From: a bacterium
GTDB lineage: Bacteria > Sysuimicrobiota > Sysuimicrobiia > Sysuimicrobiales > Humicultoraceae
NCBI GenBank assembly: GCA_031082185.1
Contig: JAVHLI010000001.1
Location: 313,980-377,979 of the forward strand
Reading direction: 5' to 3'
DNA: 64,000 bases
A program made the translations under genes and the position numbers. The notes under the pieces are model-generated. The model was not told the DNA's origin, did not search any database, and saw only the letters and a list, made by a program, of their open reading frames with translations. Shown piece by piece: positions 31,182-40,552 of this stretch (positions within the stretch are counted from its first letter, which is position 1; the number at the start of each line of letters is the position of its first letter).

Positions 31182-31742
31182 ACGCAGCGGCATGTGCGGA
31201 GCGACAATCAGGTGGCGCTCCAGCTTCCACATGTTGCGCCGGTTGAACCGCCAGTCGTAGTCTCCCAGGTCGCGGAGGTCTACCAGTGAGTAGCCGGTGA
31301 GCCGTCCGGTGAAGTCCACATAGGGGTCGTAGTAGCTCCACACAAGGTCGCGGATTGACCGAAAGACCGGTCTGCGCCCGTGCAACCCGGCGTCCCGGGA
31401 TCGTGCCACGGCGCCCCACCGTCCGCGCCGCCTGAAGACGAAGAGCACGTGATCCAGGTTGTCCTGCGACTCCAGGCTCACCACGAGCGGTGGGTATCCA
31501 TGTTGTTCCATGATCACCGCCGCCACCAGCGCCGACTCCATGCAGTGCGACTCACCCTCGCGGATCACCTCGCGGAACGACCGCAGGGTGGCTCCGACGC
31601 GGTGGTGGTTGTAGCGCACGGCATTGAGGAACCGCTGGACCTGCCGGGGCGTGCGGTGGGTTTCGATGATGGCCTTCTCGCGGGGTAGGAAAGCGGTCCG
31701 CGGCGGTGGGGCGGCGTGCTTCATGGCTCGTGTATTTCGCAT
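31074..31742 (-). CDS. Hypothetical protein, transglutaminase-like/papain-fold Cys-His-Asp hydrolase
   Basis: ESHCMESALVAAVIMEQHG...DHVLFVF...SRD arrangement; 3' end overlaps M28 gene by ~108 nt (convergent) so one C-terminus is doubtful. Confidence 0.4.
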   Translation of the reverse strand: MRNTRAMKHAAPPPRTAFLPREKAIIETHRTPRQVQRFLNAVRYNHHRVGATLRSFREVIREGESHCMESALVAAVIMEQHGYPPLVVSLESQDNLDHVLFVFRRRGRWGAVARSRDAGLHGRRPVFRSIRDLVWSYYDPYVDFTGRLTGYSLVDLRDLGDYDWRFNRRNMWKLERHLIVAPHMPLRSSDARYRHLLRQYREFRRRHPDAPAVYYRGRERWM

Positions 31743-31780
31743 ACAAGCAGACGGATGCCTTCCTGACGCGGCGGTTTGTG

Positions 31781-31809
31781 TTGCCCGGGACCTCGTTCGG
31801 TGGTAAACT
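31781..31809 (+). promoter_or_regulatory. Sigma70-type promoter for rib operon leader
   Basis: TTGCCC - 17 nt - TAAACT. Confidence 0.5.
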
Positions 31810-31827
31810 GTACTTGTAGTTCAATCG

Positions 31828-31976
31828 AATAGCAGGCCTTCAGGGCAGGGTGAGCCGGCGCGTAAGTGCCGGCAATTCCCGATCGGCGGTACAGCCCGCG
31901 AGCCCGGCTGAACAAGCAGCCAGGCAGATCCGGTGAGACTCCGGGGCCGACGGTATAGTCCGGATGGAAGAAGGTC
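31828..31976 (+). promoter_or_regulatory. FMN riboswitch (RFN element)
   Basis: CAGGGCAGGGTGAGCCGGCG...AATTCCCGATCGGCGGTACAGCCCGCGAGCC...CAGATCCGGTGAGACTCCGGGGCCGACGGTATAGTCCGGATGGAAGAAGG matches RFN consensus. Confidence 0.85.
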
Positions 31977-32108
31977 AGAAGGGGAACCCGGGATTCGGTA
32001 GCCGGGACCGACGGCCCGCTATGTGTGAGCCGCGGCCTCCAGCCCGAACCCCCGTTCCACTACACCTGCGCCCGGAGGTCTCTGGACCCCGGGCGTGAGC
32101 GTTTGTCC

Positions 32109-33230
32109 ATGGAAACGCACCACGACAACAACAGGATGATGCAGCAGGCCCTCCGGCTCGCGCGGCGGGCGGCGGGTCGCACCAGTCCGAACCCGCTGGT
32201 CGGAGCGGTCATCGCATCCGGCGGCGTGGTGGTCGGCCGCGGCCATCATGCCAGGGCCGGGACCGATCACGCCGAGATCGTTGCCCTTCGCAGGGCGGGC
32301 AACCGCGCCCGCGGCGCCACCCTCTACGTGAACCTCGAACCGTGCGCTCACACCGGGCGCACCGGTCCCTGCACCGAGGCGCTGATTGATGCTGGCATCC
32401 GCCGCGTCGTGGCCGCCATGCGCGATCCCGATCCCCGGGTGGACGGCAGGGGTATCGCGCGGCTGCGTGAAGCCGGCATCGAGGTGGAAGTCGGCCTGCT
32501 CGAGGACCAGGCCCAGCGGCTGAACGAGCCCTACGTCAAGCACCGCCGGACCGGAATGCCTTTCGTAACGCTCAAGTGGGCGATGAGTCTGGACGGCAAG
32601 ATCGGCGCTGATCGCAGGAGCGCGACCGCGCTCACCGGCGAAGCGGCGCGGCAGTACGCGCACTCCCTGCGCAACACCCACGACGCGGTGCTGGTGGGAG
32701 TGCAGACCGTACTGGCCGACGATCCCCAACTGACGTGCAGGCTGAGCGGCGGCCGCAATCCGCTGCGCGTGGTCCTGGACTCGCGACTGCGCACCCCACT
32801 GGAGGCGCGCGTGGTCGCGGGCATGGCCGAAGCGCCGACCCTGATTGCCACGACGGCAGCGGCACCCCCTGCTCAGGTCGAGGCGATGAGGCGGGCCGGC
32901 GTGGAGGTGCTCGTTTTAGATCAGGCGCCGCAGGGAGTGGACCTGCGCGCTCTCATGGAGGAGTTGGGGCGTCGGGGGGTGCTCAGCGTCCTGGTTGAGG
33001 GCGGCGGAACCGTGAACGCCTCCGCGCTTGCCGCCGGCGTCGTTGACAAGGTGATCGCACTCGTGGCGCCTCGACTGATCGGTGGATCCCTGGCAGCTAC
33101 CCCGGTGGACGGCCCTGGACTCGCGGGCGTCTCCGGGGCCGTACGGCTGTCGGAGGTGCGCACTCGGAGGCTGGGAGAGGACATATCAATCGAAGGGAAG
33201 GTGGAAGCTCGATGTTCACAGGCCTGGTAG
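32109..33230 (+). CDS. ribD: Bifunctional diaminohydroxyphosphoribosylaminopyrimidine deaminase / 5-amino-6-(5-phosphoribosylamino)uracil reductase
   Basis: CMP/dCMP deaminase zinc motif (HAEIVAL...LEPCAHTGRTGPC) plus RibD C-terminal reductase domain. Confidence 0.85.
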   Translation: METHHDNNRMMQQALRLARRAAGRTSPNPLVGAVIASGGVVVGRGHHARAGTDHAEIVALRRAGNRARGATLYVNLEPCAHTGRTGPCTEALIDAGIRRVVAAMRDPDPRVDGRGIARLREAGIEVEVGLLEDQAQRLNEPYVKHRRTGMPFVTLKWAMSLDGKIGADRRSATALTGEAARQYAHSLRNTHDAVLVGVQTVLADDPQLTCRLSGGRNPLRVVLDSRLRTPLEARVVAGMAEAPTLIATTAAAPPAQVEAMRRAGVEVLVLDQAPQGVDLRALMEELGRRGVLSVLVEGGGTVNASALAAGVVDKVIALVAPRLIGGSLAATPVDGPGLAGVSGAVRLSEVRTRRLGEDISIEGKVEARCSQAW

Positions 33231-33823
33231 AAGAGCTCGGCAAGATCCAAAGCATTACCGGTAACGCCGATGGTGTGCGCCTGAAGGTGCGGGCAGGAGC
33301 GGTGCTCGACGGCGCTCGCGTAGGGGAGAGTATCGCCGTCAGCGGCGTGTGTCTGACGATCGTGGACCTCGAGGGCCGGTCGTTCGCGGCCGACGTGGTG
33401 GCCGAAACGCTGCGGCGGACCACGCTGGGCGGGCTGCAACCGGGGGATCCGGTGGACCTGGAGCGGCCGCTGCGATTTGACCAGCGCCTGGGAGGACACA
33501 TAGTCCAGGGACACGTGGACGGTGTGGGCACGATCACCTCGATCAAGCCGGAGGGCGAGGGCGTGTGGATGGAGATTGCGCCGCCGCCGGCGCTCATGCG
33601 CTACCTGGTGGAGAAAGGCTCCGTCGCCGTGAACGGTGTCAGTCTCACCGCCGCAGCGATCACGGACGCACCTGGGTTTGCGATTGCGCTGATACCGCAC
33701 ACCCTGGCCGTAACGACGTTGGGGCATTGGGGCGTGGGCGGCCGGGTGAACATCGAGGTGGACATCCTGGCCAAGCACGTGGAAAAGCTGCTGGAAGGGG
33801 TGGCGGGGCGGTGGACGACCTGA
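33212..33823 (+). CDS. ribE: Riboflavin synthase alpha subunit
   Basis: [11 protein letters not shown]-terminus and internal lumazine-binding repeat. Confidence 0.85.
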   Translation: MFTGLVEELGKIQSITGNADGVRLKVRAGAVLDGARVGESIAVSGVCLTIVDLEGRSFAADVVAETLRRTTLGGLQPGDPVDLERPLRFDQRLGGHIVQGHVDGVGTITSIKPEGEGVWMEIAPPPALMRYLVEKGSVAVNGVSLTAAAITDAPGFAIALIPHTLAVTTLGHWGVGGRVNIEVDILAKHVEKLLEGVAGRWTT

Positions 33824-35049
33824 CAGGCAAGGCGGCGTTCCCGCAGGCCTCGGTGGCCGAAGCGGTTGAGGAGCTACGCGCCGGGCGGATGCTCGTGGTC
33901 GTGGACGACGAAGACCGCGAGAACGAGGGCGACCTCATCATGGCCGCCGAGTTCGCTACGCCCGAGGCGATAAACTTCATGATGATGCACGCGCGCGGAC
34001 TGATCTGTGCGCCGCTCACCCCCGAGCGGTGCGATGAACTGCGGATTCCCATCATGGTGACCGAGAACACCTCCCAACACGGGACCGCGTTCACGGTTTC
34101 GGTGGACGCGCGCCGCGGCGGGACCGGCACCTCAGCACACGATCGTGCGCTGACGATTCGGCTGCTGGCCGGAGCCGAAGGGGACGGCAACACAAGCCCC
34201 GACGACCTGGCCCGCCCGGGACACGTCTTTCCCCTGCGTTCAGCTCCGGGGGGCGTGCTGCGCCGCGCCGGGCACACCGAGACAGTGATTGACCTGACCC
34301 GCCTGGCCGGGCTGAAACCGGCTGGGGTGATCTGCGAGATCGTGGGTGAGGACGGGGCCATGGCGCGCTTCCCGGAGCTGCGCGAGTTTGCGGCCCGCCA
34401 CGGCCTTAAGATGCTGACGGTTAGAGAGTTGATCCGGCACCGGCTGCGGCACGATCCCTTCGTGCGGCGGGAAGGGCAGACCCGCCTGCCCACCGCAATC
34501 GGGGAGTTCTCCGCCGTGGTATACGAGAACACGCTCGACGGCTCGCACCACCTGGCGCTGGTTAAGGGTATCCTAGACGACGGTGCGCCGCCACTGGTGC
34601 GGGTGCAATCGGAGTGCCTGACCGGCGAGGTCTTCGGATCACTGCGGTGCGACTGCCGCGAGCAGTTGCAGACGGCAATGCGGGCGGTTGAGCGCGAGGG
34701 GCGCGGCGCGATCGTCTACATCAGGCAGGAAGGCCGCGACATCGGGCTGGGTAACAAGATCAAGGCCTACGCGCTCCAGGACCAGGGCGCGGACACCGTG
34801 GAGGCCAACGAGCTGTTGGGATTCCCGCCGGATCCGCGCGACTACGGCGTAGGCGCGCAGATCCTGGCCGATCTCGGGTTGAAGCGCATACGGCTGCTGA
34901 CCAACAATCCTCAGAAGCGCGCGGGCCTCGAAGGGTACGGCATTCAAGTCGTGGAACGCGTGCCGCTGGAAACCACACCCACCAGCGAGAACTATGCCTA
35001 CCTCAAGACCAAGCGCCACCGCCTCGGGCACCTCCTCAGCATCGAGTGA
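33811..35049 (+). CDS. ribBA: Bifunctional 3,4-dihydroxy-2-butanone-4-phosphate synthase / GTP cyclohydrolase II
   Basis: [13 protein letters not shown] (DHBP synthase) and CDCREQL...GRDIG (GCH II zinc site); GTG start 13 nt inside ribE. Confidence 0.85.
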   Translation: MDDLTGKAAFPQASVAEAVEELRAGRMLVVVDDEDRENEGDLIMAAEFATPEAINFMMMHARGLICAPLTPERCDELRIPIMVTENTSQHGTAFTVSVDARRGGTGTSAHDRALTIRLLAGAEGDGNTSPDDLARPGHVFPLRSAPGGVLRRAGHTETVIDLTRLAGLKPAGVICEIVGEDGAMARFPELREFAARHGLKMLTVRELIRHRLRHDPFVRREGQTRLPTAIGEFSAVVYENTLDGSHHLALVKGILDDGAPPLVRVQSECLTGEVFGSLRCDCREQLQTAMRAVEREGRGAIVYIRQEGRDIGLGNKIKAYALQDQGADTVEANELLGFPPDPRDYGVGAQILADLGLKRIRLLTNNPQKRAGLEGYGIQVVERVPLETTPTSENYAYLKTKRHRLGHLLSIE

Positions 35050-35052
35050 GGG

Positions 35053-35616
35053 ATGGCCGGGTCTGGTGATGGAAGGGTGATGATCCAAATGGGAACGACC
35101 TTTCGCGGCGGAGGCGACGCCGCCGGGCTGGCCTTCGCGGTAGTGGTCAGCCGGTACAACGAACCGATCACGCAGCGCCTGCTCGATGGGGCATTGGAGG
35201 TTCTGACGGCGCAGGGGGCGACGCGTGTGGACGTGGCCTGGGTGCCCGGCGCGCTGGAAATCCCCCTGGTCGCCCGACGCATGGCCGAGGCGTCGGCCAA
35301 GGTGCCGGGGGAGGCGTCCGGGGAGGACGGCGCCGGGCGGCGCAGTGCGCGCCGTTACGATGCCGTCATCTGCCTGGGATGCGTCATCAAGGGAGACACG
35401 CTGCACTTCGACCTGGTGGCCCAACAGGCCGCGGCAGGGATCGCCAGGGTCTCGCTGGAGACCGGTGTTCCGGTGATCAACGAGGTGCTGGCGGTGTTTG
35501 AACCCGAGCAGGCCGCCTCTCGCGCCGGAGGCAGGGTTAACCTCGGAGCCGATGCCGCCCACGCGGCCATCCAGATGGCCAACCTGATGCGGGAACTGGA
35601 GGCATCCGACAGATGA
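35053..35616 (+). CDS. ribH: 6,7-dimethyl-8-ribityllumazine synthase
   Basis: Lumazine-synthase family similarity (VVSRYNEPITQRLLDGA...VPGALEIPL...HFD); start could be ATG 35080/35089. Confidence 0.8.
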   Translation: MAGSGDGRVMIQMGTTFRGGGDAAGLAFAVVVSRYNEPITQRLLDGALEVLTAQGATRVDVAWVPGALEIPLVARRMAEASAKVPGEASGEDGAGRRSARRYDAVICLGCVIKGDTLHFDLVAQQAAAGIARVSLETGVPVINEVLAVFEPEQAASRAGGRVNLGADAAHAAIQMANLMRELEASDR

Positions 35617-37244
35617 CCGTCACGATATTCGCGCCCGCGGACGTGCGGCCCGACGGCGGACCGGTATCGCGGGGAGGCGCCTTGGCCGTCGCCGGCGGCC
35701 GCGTGCTGGCCGTCGGAGGCGCCGCCGAAGTGGCCGCCGCTTTCCCCCGTGCGCGTCGCGTGGACCTTGGGGGGCTGCCGGTCTTCCCCGGGCTCATTGA
35801 TGCGCACCTCCACCTCATCGGCTACGGTTTCAGCCTGCTCGAGGTGGAACTGCGCGAAGCCGGGTCGCCCGGGGAAGCCGCCCGGCTCGTCTCTGCCGCG
35901 GCCGCACGCCTGCCGGCGGATGCCTGGGTGTTGGGGCGGGGGTGGGACAAGAACACGTGGCCCGAAGATCGCTTTCCCTCGCGAGGGGATCTCGATCCGG
36001 CCACGGCCGGCCGGCCCGCGGTGATGGCGAGCAAGGACGGCCACCTGCTCTGGGTCAACTCAGCGGCCCTGCGGGCGGCCGGGATCACGCGCGATACTCC
36101 TGACCCGCCTGGAGGCGTGGTAGGCCGTGATACCGCGGGCGAGCCCGACGGCATCCTCAAGGAAGAAGCCGCCGCGCTTGTAAGGCGGGTCGTGCCGCCT
36201 CCGACTCCCGGGATGCGTGAGCGGGCCGCGCTGGAGGCAGTCGCCGATCTTCACCGCTTTGGGATTACCGGAGTGCACGCCTTCACGGGCACCACGACCG
36301 AGGGCCCCGAGGGCTTCGCGACGCTCCAACGCCTGCATGCGCGTGGCGATCTGGGTGTACGCGTTGTCGCGACCCTGCCCGACCGGCACCTGGAGGCCGC
36401 CGCGGCCTGTGGGATGCGCACGGGCCTGGGCGATGAGATGCTGCGCGTTGGGCCGGTCAAGATCTTCGCCGACGGTGCCCTGGGATCGCAGACCGCCAGC
36501 ATGCTTGCGCCCTATGACGGCCAGCCGGGCAACCTGGGAGTGCAGGTGCGGTCGCCCGCCGAGCTGGACCATCTGGTGGCCCGCGCGATCGATGCCGGGC
36601 TGTGGACCGCGATCCATGCCATAGGCGACCGCGCCAACAGAGAAGTCCTCGACGTCTTCGAGCGCCACCAGGCCGCATCGCAGCGCCTGGGAGCCCGCCA
36701 CCGCATAGAGCACGTGCAGCTCCTGCACCCGGACGATCTGCCGCGACTCGCACGGATCGGCGTGGTGGCCTCGATGCAGCCGATCCATGCCACGGAAGAT
36801 CGCGAGATCGCCGAGCGCTACTGGGGACCGCGCGCACGGTGGGCCTATGCATGGCGAGCGATCACCGCCAGCGGCGCGGCCCTGGCTTTCGGATCGGACG
36901 CGCCGGTGGAGACGCCGGATCCGTGGCGGGGGATGTACGCGGCGGTCACCCGTCGTCGCGAGCACGGGCGCGAGCACGGGAAGGACCGCAGCGCATGGTA
37001 TCCAGAGGAGTGCATCCCTCTGGAGGAAGCCATCCGTGCCTACACCACCGGTGCCGCCTACGCCGCCGGGACCGAGGGGTGGCAGGGGGCACTTCGTCCC
37101 GGGAGCGCGGCCGACTTCATTGTGCTCGACCGCGACCCGTACGCGGGCCCGCCCGAGGAGTTGTTGCAGGTCAGGGTGCTGGCGACCGTGGTTGGCGGCC
37201 GTCTTATGCACGCGGCCGGCGCACTTGATGGGGTGATGGGGTAG
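35613..37244 (+). CDS. Amidohydrolase-family metal-dependent hydrolase (Amidohydro_3/YtcJ-like)
   Basis: PGLIDAHLHLIGYG HxH motif, 543 aa; ATGA overlap with ribH. Confidence 0.7.
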   Translation: MTVTIFAPADVRPDGGPVSRGGALAVAGGRVLAVGGAAEVAAAFPRARRVDLGGLPVFPGLIDAHLHLIGYGFSLLEVELREAGSPGEAARLVSAAAARLPADAWVLGRGWDKNTWPEDRFPSRGDLDPATAGRPAVMASKDGHLLWVNSAALRAAGITRDTPDPPGGVVGRDTAGEPDGILKEEAAALVRRVVPPPTPGMRERAALEAVADLHRFGITGVHAFTGTTTEGPEGFATLQRLHARGDLGVRVVATLPDRHLEAAAACGMRTGLGDEMLRVGPVKIFADGALGSQTASMLAPYDGQPGNLGVQVRSPAELDHLVARAIDAGLWTAIHAIGDRANREVLDVFERHQAASQRLGARHRIEHVQLLHPDDLPRLARIGVVASMQPIHATEDREIAERYWGPRARWAYAWRAITASGAALAFGSDAPVETPDPWRGMYAAVTRRREHGREHGKDRSAWYPEECIPLEEAIRAYTTGAAYAAGTEGWQGALRPGSAADFIVLDRDPYAGPPEELLQVRVLATVVGGRLMHAAGALDGVMG

Positions 37245-37326
37245 CGGGCATACACAAGGTGGGCACCGCGTTTCACCTTGTGCAGGTACAGAGTACCGGC
37301 GCTGCGCGCCAGAAGGGGTGAGCAAG

Positions 37327-37941
37327 ATGGCATATCCAAAGTACGAGCCCAAGAAGTTCCGCTCGTTTGACGTAGAGCTGGACGGCATCTCGAAGAAGAC
37401 CATGGAGGAGCATTACAAGCTCTATCAGGGTTACGTCAACAAGGCCAACGAGATCCACGATAAGCTCGCCGCCCTCGACAAGGACCCGGCCAAGGCCAAC
37501 CCTACCTTCTCCGAGATCCGCGAGCTCAAGGTCGAGCTTACGCGGGCCGTCGGCGGCGTGAAGAACCACGAGATCTACTTCTCTCACCTGGGTGTTGGGG
37601 GCGGGAAGCCGTCGGGCAAGTTGCTCAGCATGATCGAGCGGGACTTCGGCAGCTTCGAGGACTGGCAGCGCGATCTGAAGGCCACCGCGATCGCGGCCCG
37701 AGGCTGGGCCTGGACCGCGTTTGACTGGGACACGATGCGGCTGTTCAACTACATCGGGGATGAGCAGAATACCTTCCCGATCTGGAATGCGACGGTCGTT
37801 GTCGCGCTGGACGTCTTCGAGCACGCGTACTACCTGGACTACCAGACCGCGAAGGCGGCGTACGTGGACGCGTTCTTCCGCAACCTGGACTGGGCGGCGG
37901 TGGCGGACCGGGCGAAGGTGGTGCTGGAGGCGGTCCAGTAA
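37327..37941 (+). CDS. sodA: Fe/Mn superoxide dismutase
   Basis: MAYPKYEP...HH..YY...DVWEHAYYLDYQ metal-ligand motifs; GGGGTGA upstream. Confidence 0.9.
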   Translation: MAYPKYEPKKFRSFDVELDGISKKTMEEHYKLYQGYVNKANEIHDKLAALDKDPAKANPTFSEIRELKVELTRAVGGVKNHEIYFSHLGVGGGKPSGKLLSMIERDFGSFEDWQRDLKATAIAARGWAWTAFDWDTMRLFNYIGDEQNTFPIWNATVVVALDVFEHAYYLDYQTAKAAYVDAFFRNLDWAAVADRAKVVLEAVQ

Positions 37942-37970
37942 ACCTAAGGTGCCATTCCGACCGTCACACA

Positions 37971-38546
37971 ATGGGTACAGAGGGGGCGGGCGTGGACGCT
38001 GAGGACCGGCAACTGCTCCGGGCTTTCGCGCGCGGGGAGGAGAGCGCCTTCACGGCGCTCGTGATCAAGTACCGGGAGAGCGTCTACCGCGTGGCGCGCC
38101 GCATGCTCGGCAGTCACGAGGACGCCGCGGACGTCGCCCAGGAAGTGTTCATCCGCGCGCACCGGGCGTTGCCGCGATTCGACGGCCGGTCGCAACTCTA
38201 CACCTGGCTGTACCGCATTACGGTCAATCTCTGCCTGGACCTGCGCGGCCGGTCCTCCAGGTTGCCCCTGCTTGACGACGAGGACGGCGCGCGCGATCGC
38301 AGCGGTATCCCGGCCGCGGAGGACGAGGCCGAGGGCCGGGAGGCCGGACGTCTGGTGGCGCGCGCCGTTGCCCAACTGCCACCGCGCCAGCGGGCGATGG
38401 CCGTCCTGCGGCTCTACCAGGATCTGCCCTACCAGGAGATCGCCCGCATCATGGGCTGCTCCGAGGGCACGGTGAAGGCAACGATGTTCGCGGCGCTGCG
38501 CAAGCTGCGCCGCGCGCTGGTCGAGGAGGGCGTCCGCGCCCCATGA
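37971..38546 (+). CDS. RNA polymerase ECF-subfamily sigma-70 factor
   Basis: Sigma70 region 2 (YRESVYRVARRMLG...DVAQEVFIRA) and region 4 (PYQEIARIMGCSEGTVKA). Confidence 0.85.
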   Translation: MGTEGAGVDAEDRQLLRAFARGEESAFTALVIKYRESVYRVARRMLGSHEDAADVAQEVFIRAHRALPRFDGRSQLYTWLYRITVNLCLDLRGRSSRLPLLDDEDGARDRSGIPAAEDEAEGREAGRLVARAVAQLPPRQRAMAVLRLYQDLPYQEIARIMGCSEGTVKATMFAALRKLRRALVEEGVRAP

Positions 38547-39049
38547 CGGACCGCTGCGCAGAGGTGCTGGAGCGCCTGGTCGAAGGGGTGACCGGGACGG
38601 TGCCGCCGGACGAACGCGTCGACGTCGCCGGCCATCTGGCTTCGTGCGCCCGCTGCCGCGACGAGGCAGTCTCGCTGGAAGCCGTTGCTTCGCGCCTGCG
38701 TGCCGGGGGCAGGTTTGTCGCGCCGCCCGGTTTCTGGGAGGAGTTCATGCGGCGGATTGCCGACCGCATCGAGGAGGAGAGGGTGCCGGCAGGCGCCCGC
38801 CTCCGGCGGTGGCTGGCTTCCCCGCGCCACGCGCTGGGCACGGCCGTGGTTACCGCGGTCACGGTGCTGGCGGTCTTCGCGGCGGTCCGGACCATCCCGC
38901 CCCCGCCTGATCCCGTATTGATTCGCGCGCGCGGGCTGGTGACCGCAACGATGACTTCCAGTCTTCCCTCACTGGGCGAGATGCTCGATATCTGGCGCGC
39001 CGGGCTGGCTCACGAAACCGACGCGGTCGTGGACCGAAGGACGAGGTAG
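38543..39049 (+). CDS. Anti-sigma factor, zf-HC2 (ZAS-like) with one TM segment
   Basis: HLASCARCRDE zinc motif at N-terminus, ATGA coupling to sigma factor gene. Confidence 0.7.
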   Translation: MTDRCAEVLERLVEGVTGTVPPDERVDVAGHLASCARCRDEAVSLEAVASRLRAGGRFVAPPGFWEEFMRRIADRIEEERVPAGARLRRWLASPRHALGTAVVTAVTVLAVFAAVRTIPPPPDPVLIRARGLVTATMTSSLPSLGEMLDIWRAGLAHETDAVVDRRTR

Positions 39050-39054
39050 TGAGA

Positions 39055-39549
39055 GTGGCCGCCTTGCGCCGCCTTGCGCCCGCGCTCCTGGTCGTGATGA
39101 TGGCGCTGGCTCTGCCCGCGGTAGGGCAGGAGCCGCCGCCGCCGCGGGGAGAGCGGATCATCGAGGCGATCTTCATATGGCGCCTGGTGGACGAGCTCGA
39201 TCTCACGGAGGGGCAGATCACCCGAATACTGCCCCGACTCAAGGCGCTCAAAGCCATCCGGATGGAGATGGGCCGGCGGGTACCGTTGCTGCGGCGGGAG
39301 ATCCGGCAGCTTTCCGCGCAGCAGCCCCGTGACGAGGAGGCCATACGGGTCAAGGTCTCCGAGCTCAACCTGCTGCGCACCGAGATGGAGTCGGGCAGGC
39401 GGCGCCAGCTTCAGATGATCACCGCCGCGCTCACCCCTGAACAGCAGGCCAAGTTCGCGTTGATTCAAGAAACCTTCGAGATGGACACCCTCCGGCTGCT
39501 GGAGGAGATGCGCCGCATCGTGGAGGAGCAGCCGCCACCCCGCCGTTAG
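39055..39549 (+). CDS. Periplasmic LTXXQ-motif protein (Spy/CpxP-like envelope-stress chaperone family)
   Basis: Signal peptide then LTEGQ and LTPEQQAKF motifs; GTG start after GGACGAGG. Confidence 0.6.
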   Translation: MAALRRLAPALLVVMMALALPAVGQEPPPPRGERIIEAIFIWRLVDELDLTEGQITRILPRLKALKAIRMEMGRRVPLLRREIRQLSAQQPRDEEAIRVKVSELNLLRTEMESGRRRQLQMITAALTPEQQAKFALIQETFEMDTLRLLEEMRRIVEEQPPPRR

Positions 39550-40019
39550 CCCAGCGGTCGGAAGTGCGCGATGTCCAGGATCGAGCCCGTCCGGTCCTCC
39601 GCGGGCCTGAAGGCGGCCTCCACGCGCAGGCCGATATTCGCATCGGCCGCATCCACGCCGCTAAGTCGGTGGTAGAGTACGGTATCGGCGCCGTCCAGTC
39701 GTACCAGCGCCATCAACAAGGGAGGGTCGAGGAGGGTTCCATCCAGGTCCAGGTGCACCACCGTTACCGCCTCTACGGTGCCCGATGGCCCCACCTCTAT
39801 CCAATCCGTCAGCTCGTCGAAGCACCGCTCACAGAACAGCTTTCCCGGCACATAGGTCAGGTTGCACCGTCCGCAGCGGGTTCCCAGGATGCGGGCTTCG
39901 TCCTTCATTGCGCGGAAGAACCGCTCGCCTGCCGGGCCGAGGGTGTAGCGGCTGGCTACGGGCATGCTCCCATGCCAGGTCCGGAGATCGTCCGCGTGCA
40001 GCGTGGGATCAAGCGGCAT
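39546..40019 (-). CDS. DUF35 Zn-ribbon/OB-fold protein (thiolase partner)
   Basis: CGRC...CERC zinc ribbon then OB fold; trimmed from ORF 39546..40094 to ATG (MPLDPT...). Confidence 0.7.
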   Translation of the reverse strand: MPLDPTLHADDLRTWHGSMPVASRYTLGPAGERFFRAMKDEARILGTRCGRCNLTYVPGKLFCERCFDELTDWIEVGPSGTVEAVTVVHLDLDGTLLDPPLLMALVRLDGADTVLYHRLSGVDAADANIGLRVEAAFRPAEDRTGSILDIAHFRPLG

Positions 40020-40021
40020 GG

Positions 40022-40537
40022 TTATCCTCTCCTCAGCGGCTTGAAGTACCGAATGTCGGTGATGGCGCCCTGGCGCGCCCGCTCGGGCTTCCACACCGCA
40101 CGGACCCGCATACCGATGTGCACCCGGTCCGGGGCGACCCCGCCCATCAGGTGCATGATGCCCGCGGGCGGCGACGTGCCGTCCAGGTCAATCACCGCGG
40201 GGATCAGTGGTTCGGCGATCCGCTTCACGTCCCAGGTGACATAGCACAGCGAGAAGGTGTTCACGGTTCCGACGTCTGAGAGGGGCACGAAGGCGTCCAT
40301 CGGGGCGAAGCACTGCTCGCAGAACGCGCGCGGCGGCACGACCGTGCGCTCGCACCGGGTGCATCGGACCCCTAGGATCACGCCTGCCTTCAGGCCATCG
40401 AGGTACAGGCCGACGGCCAAGCCCGCATCCCAGGCATAGTCGGCCCGGAGCCGGTCGTGGACGGAGAGCACGCGTCCCTGCTCGATATCCTCTTCGCTGA
40501 GGGCGGTGCCCGGGTAGGACGCAATCCGCTGGGTCAT
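40022..40537 (-). CDS. DUF35 Zn-ribbon/OB-fold protein (thiolase partner), second copy
   Basis: CTRCERT...CEQC zinc ribbon + OB fold. Confidence 0.7.
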   Translation of the reverse strand: MTQRIASYPGTALSEEDIEQGRVLSVHDRLRADYAWDAGLAVGLYLDGLKAGVILGVRCTRCERTVVPPRAFCEQCFAPMDAFVPLSDVGTVNTFSLCYVTWDVKRIAEPLIPAVIDLDGTSPPAGIMHLMGGVAPDRVHIGMRVRAVWKPERARQGAITDIRYFKPLRRG

Positions 40538-40552
40538 CTCCTCACCCCTCGC

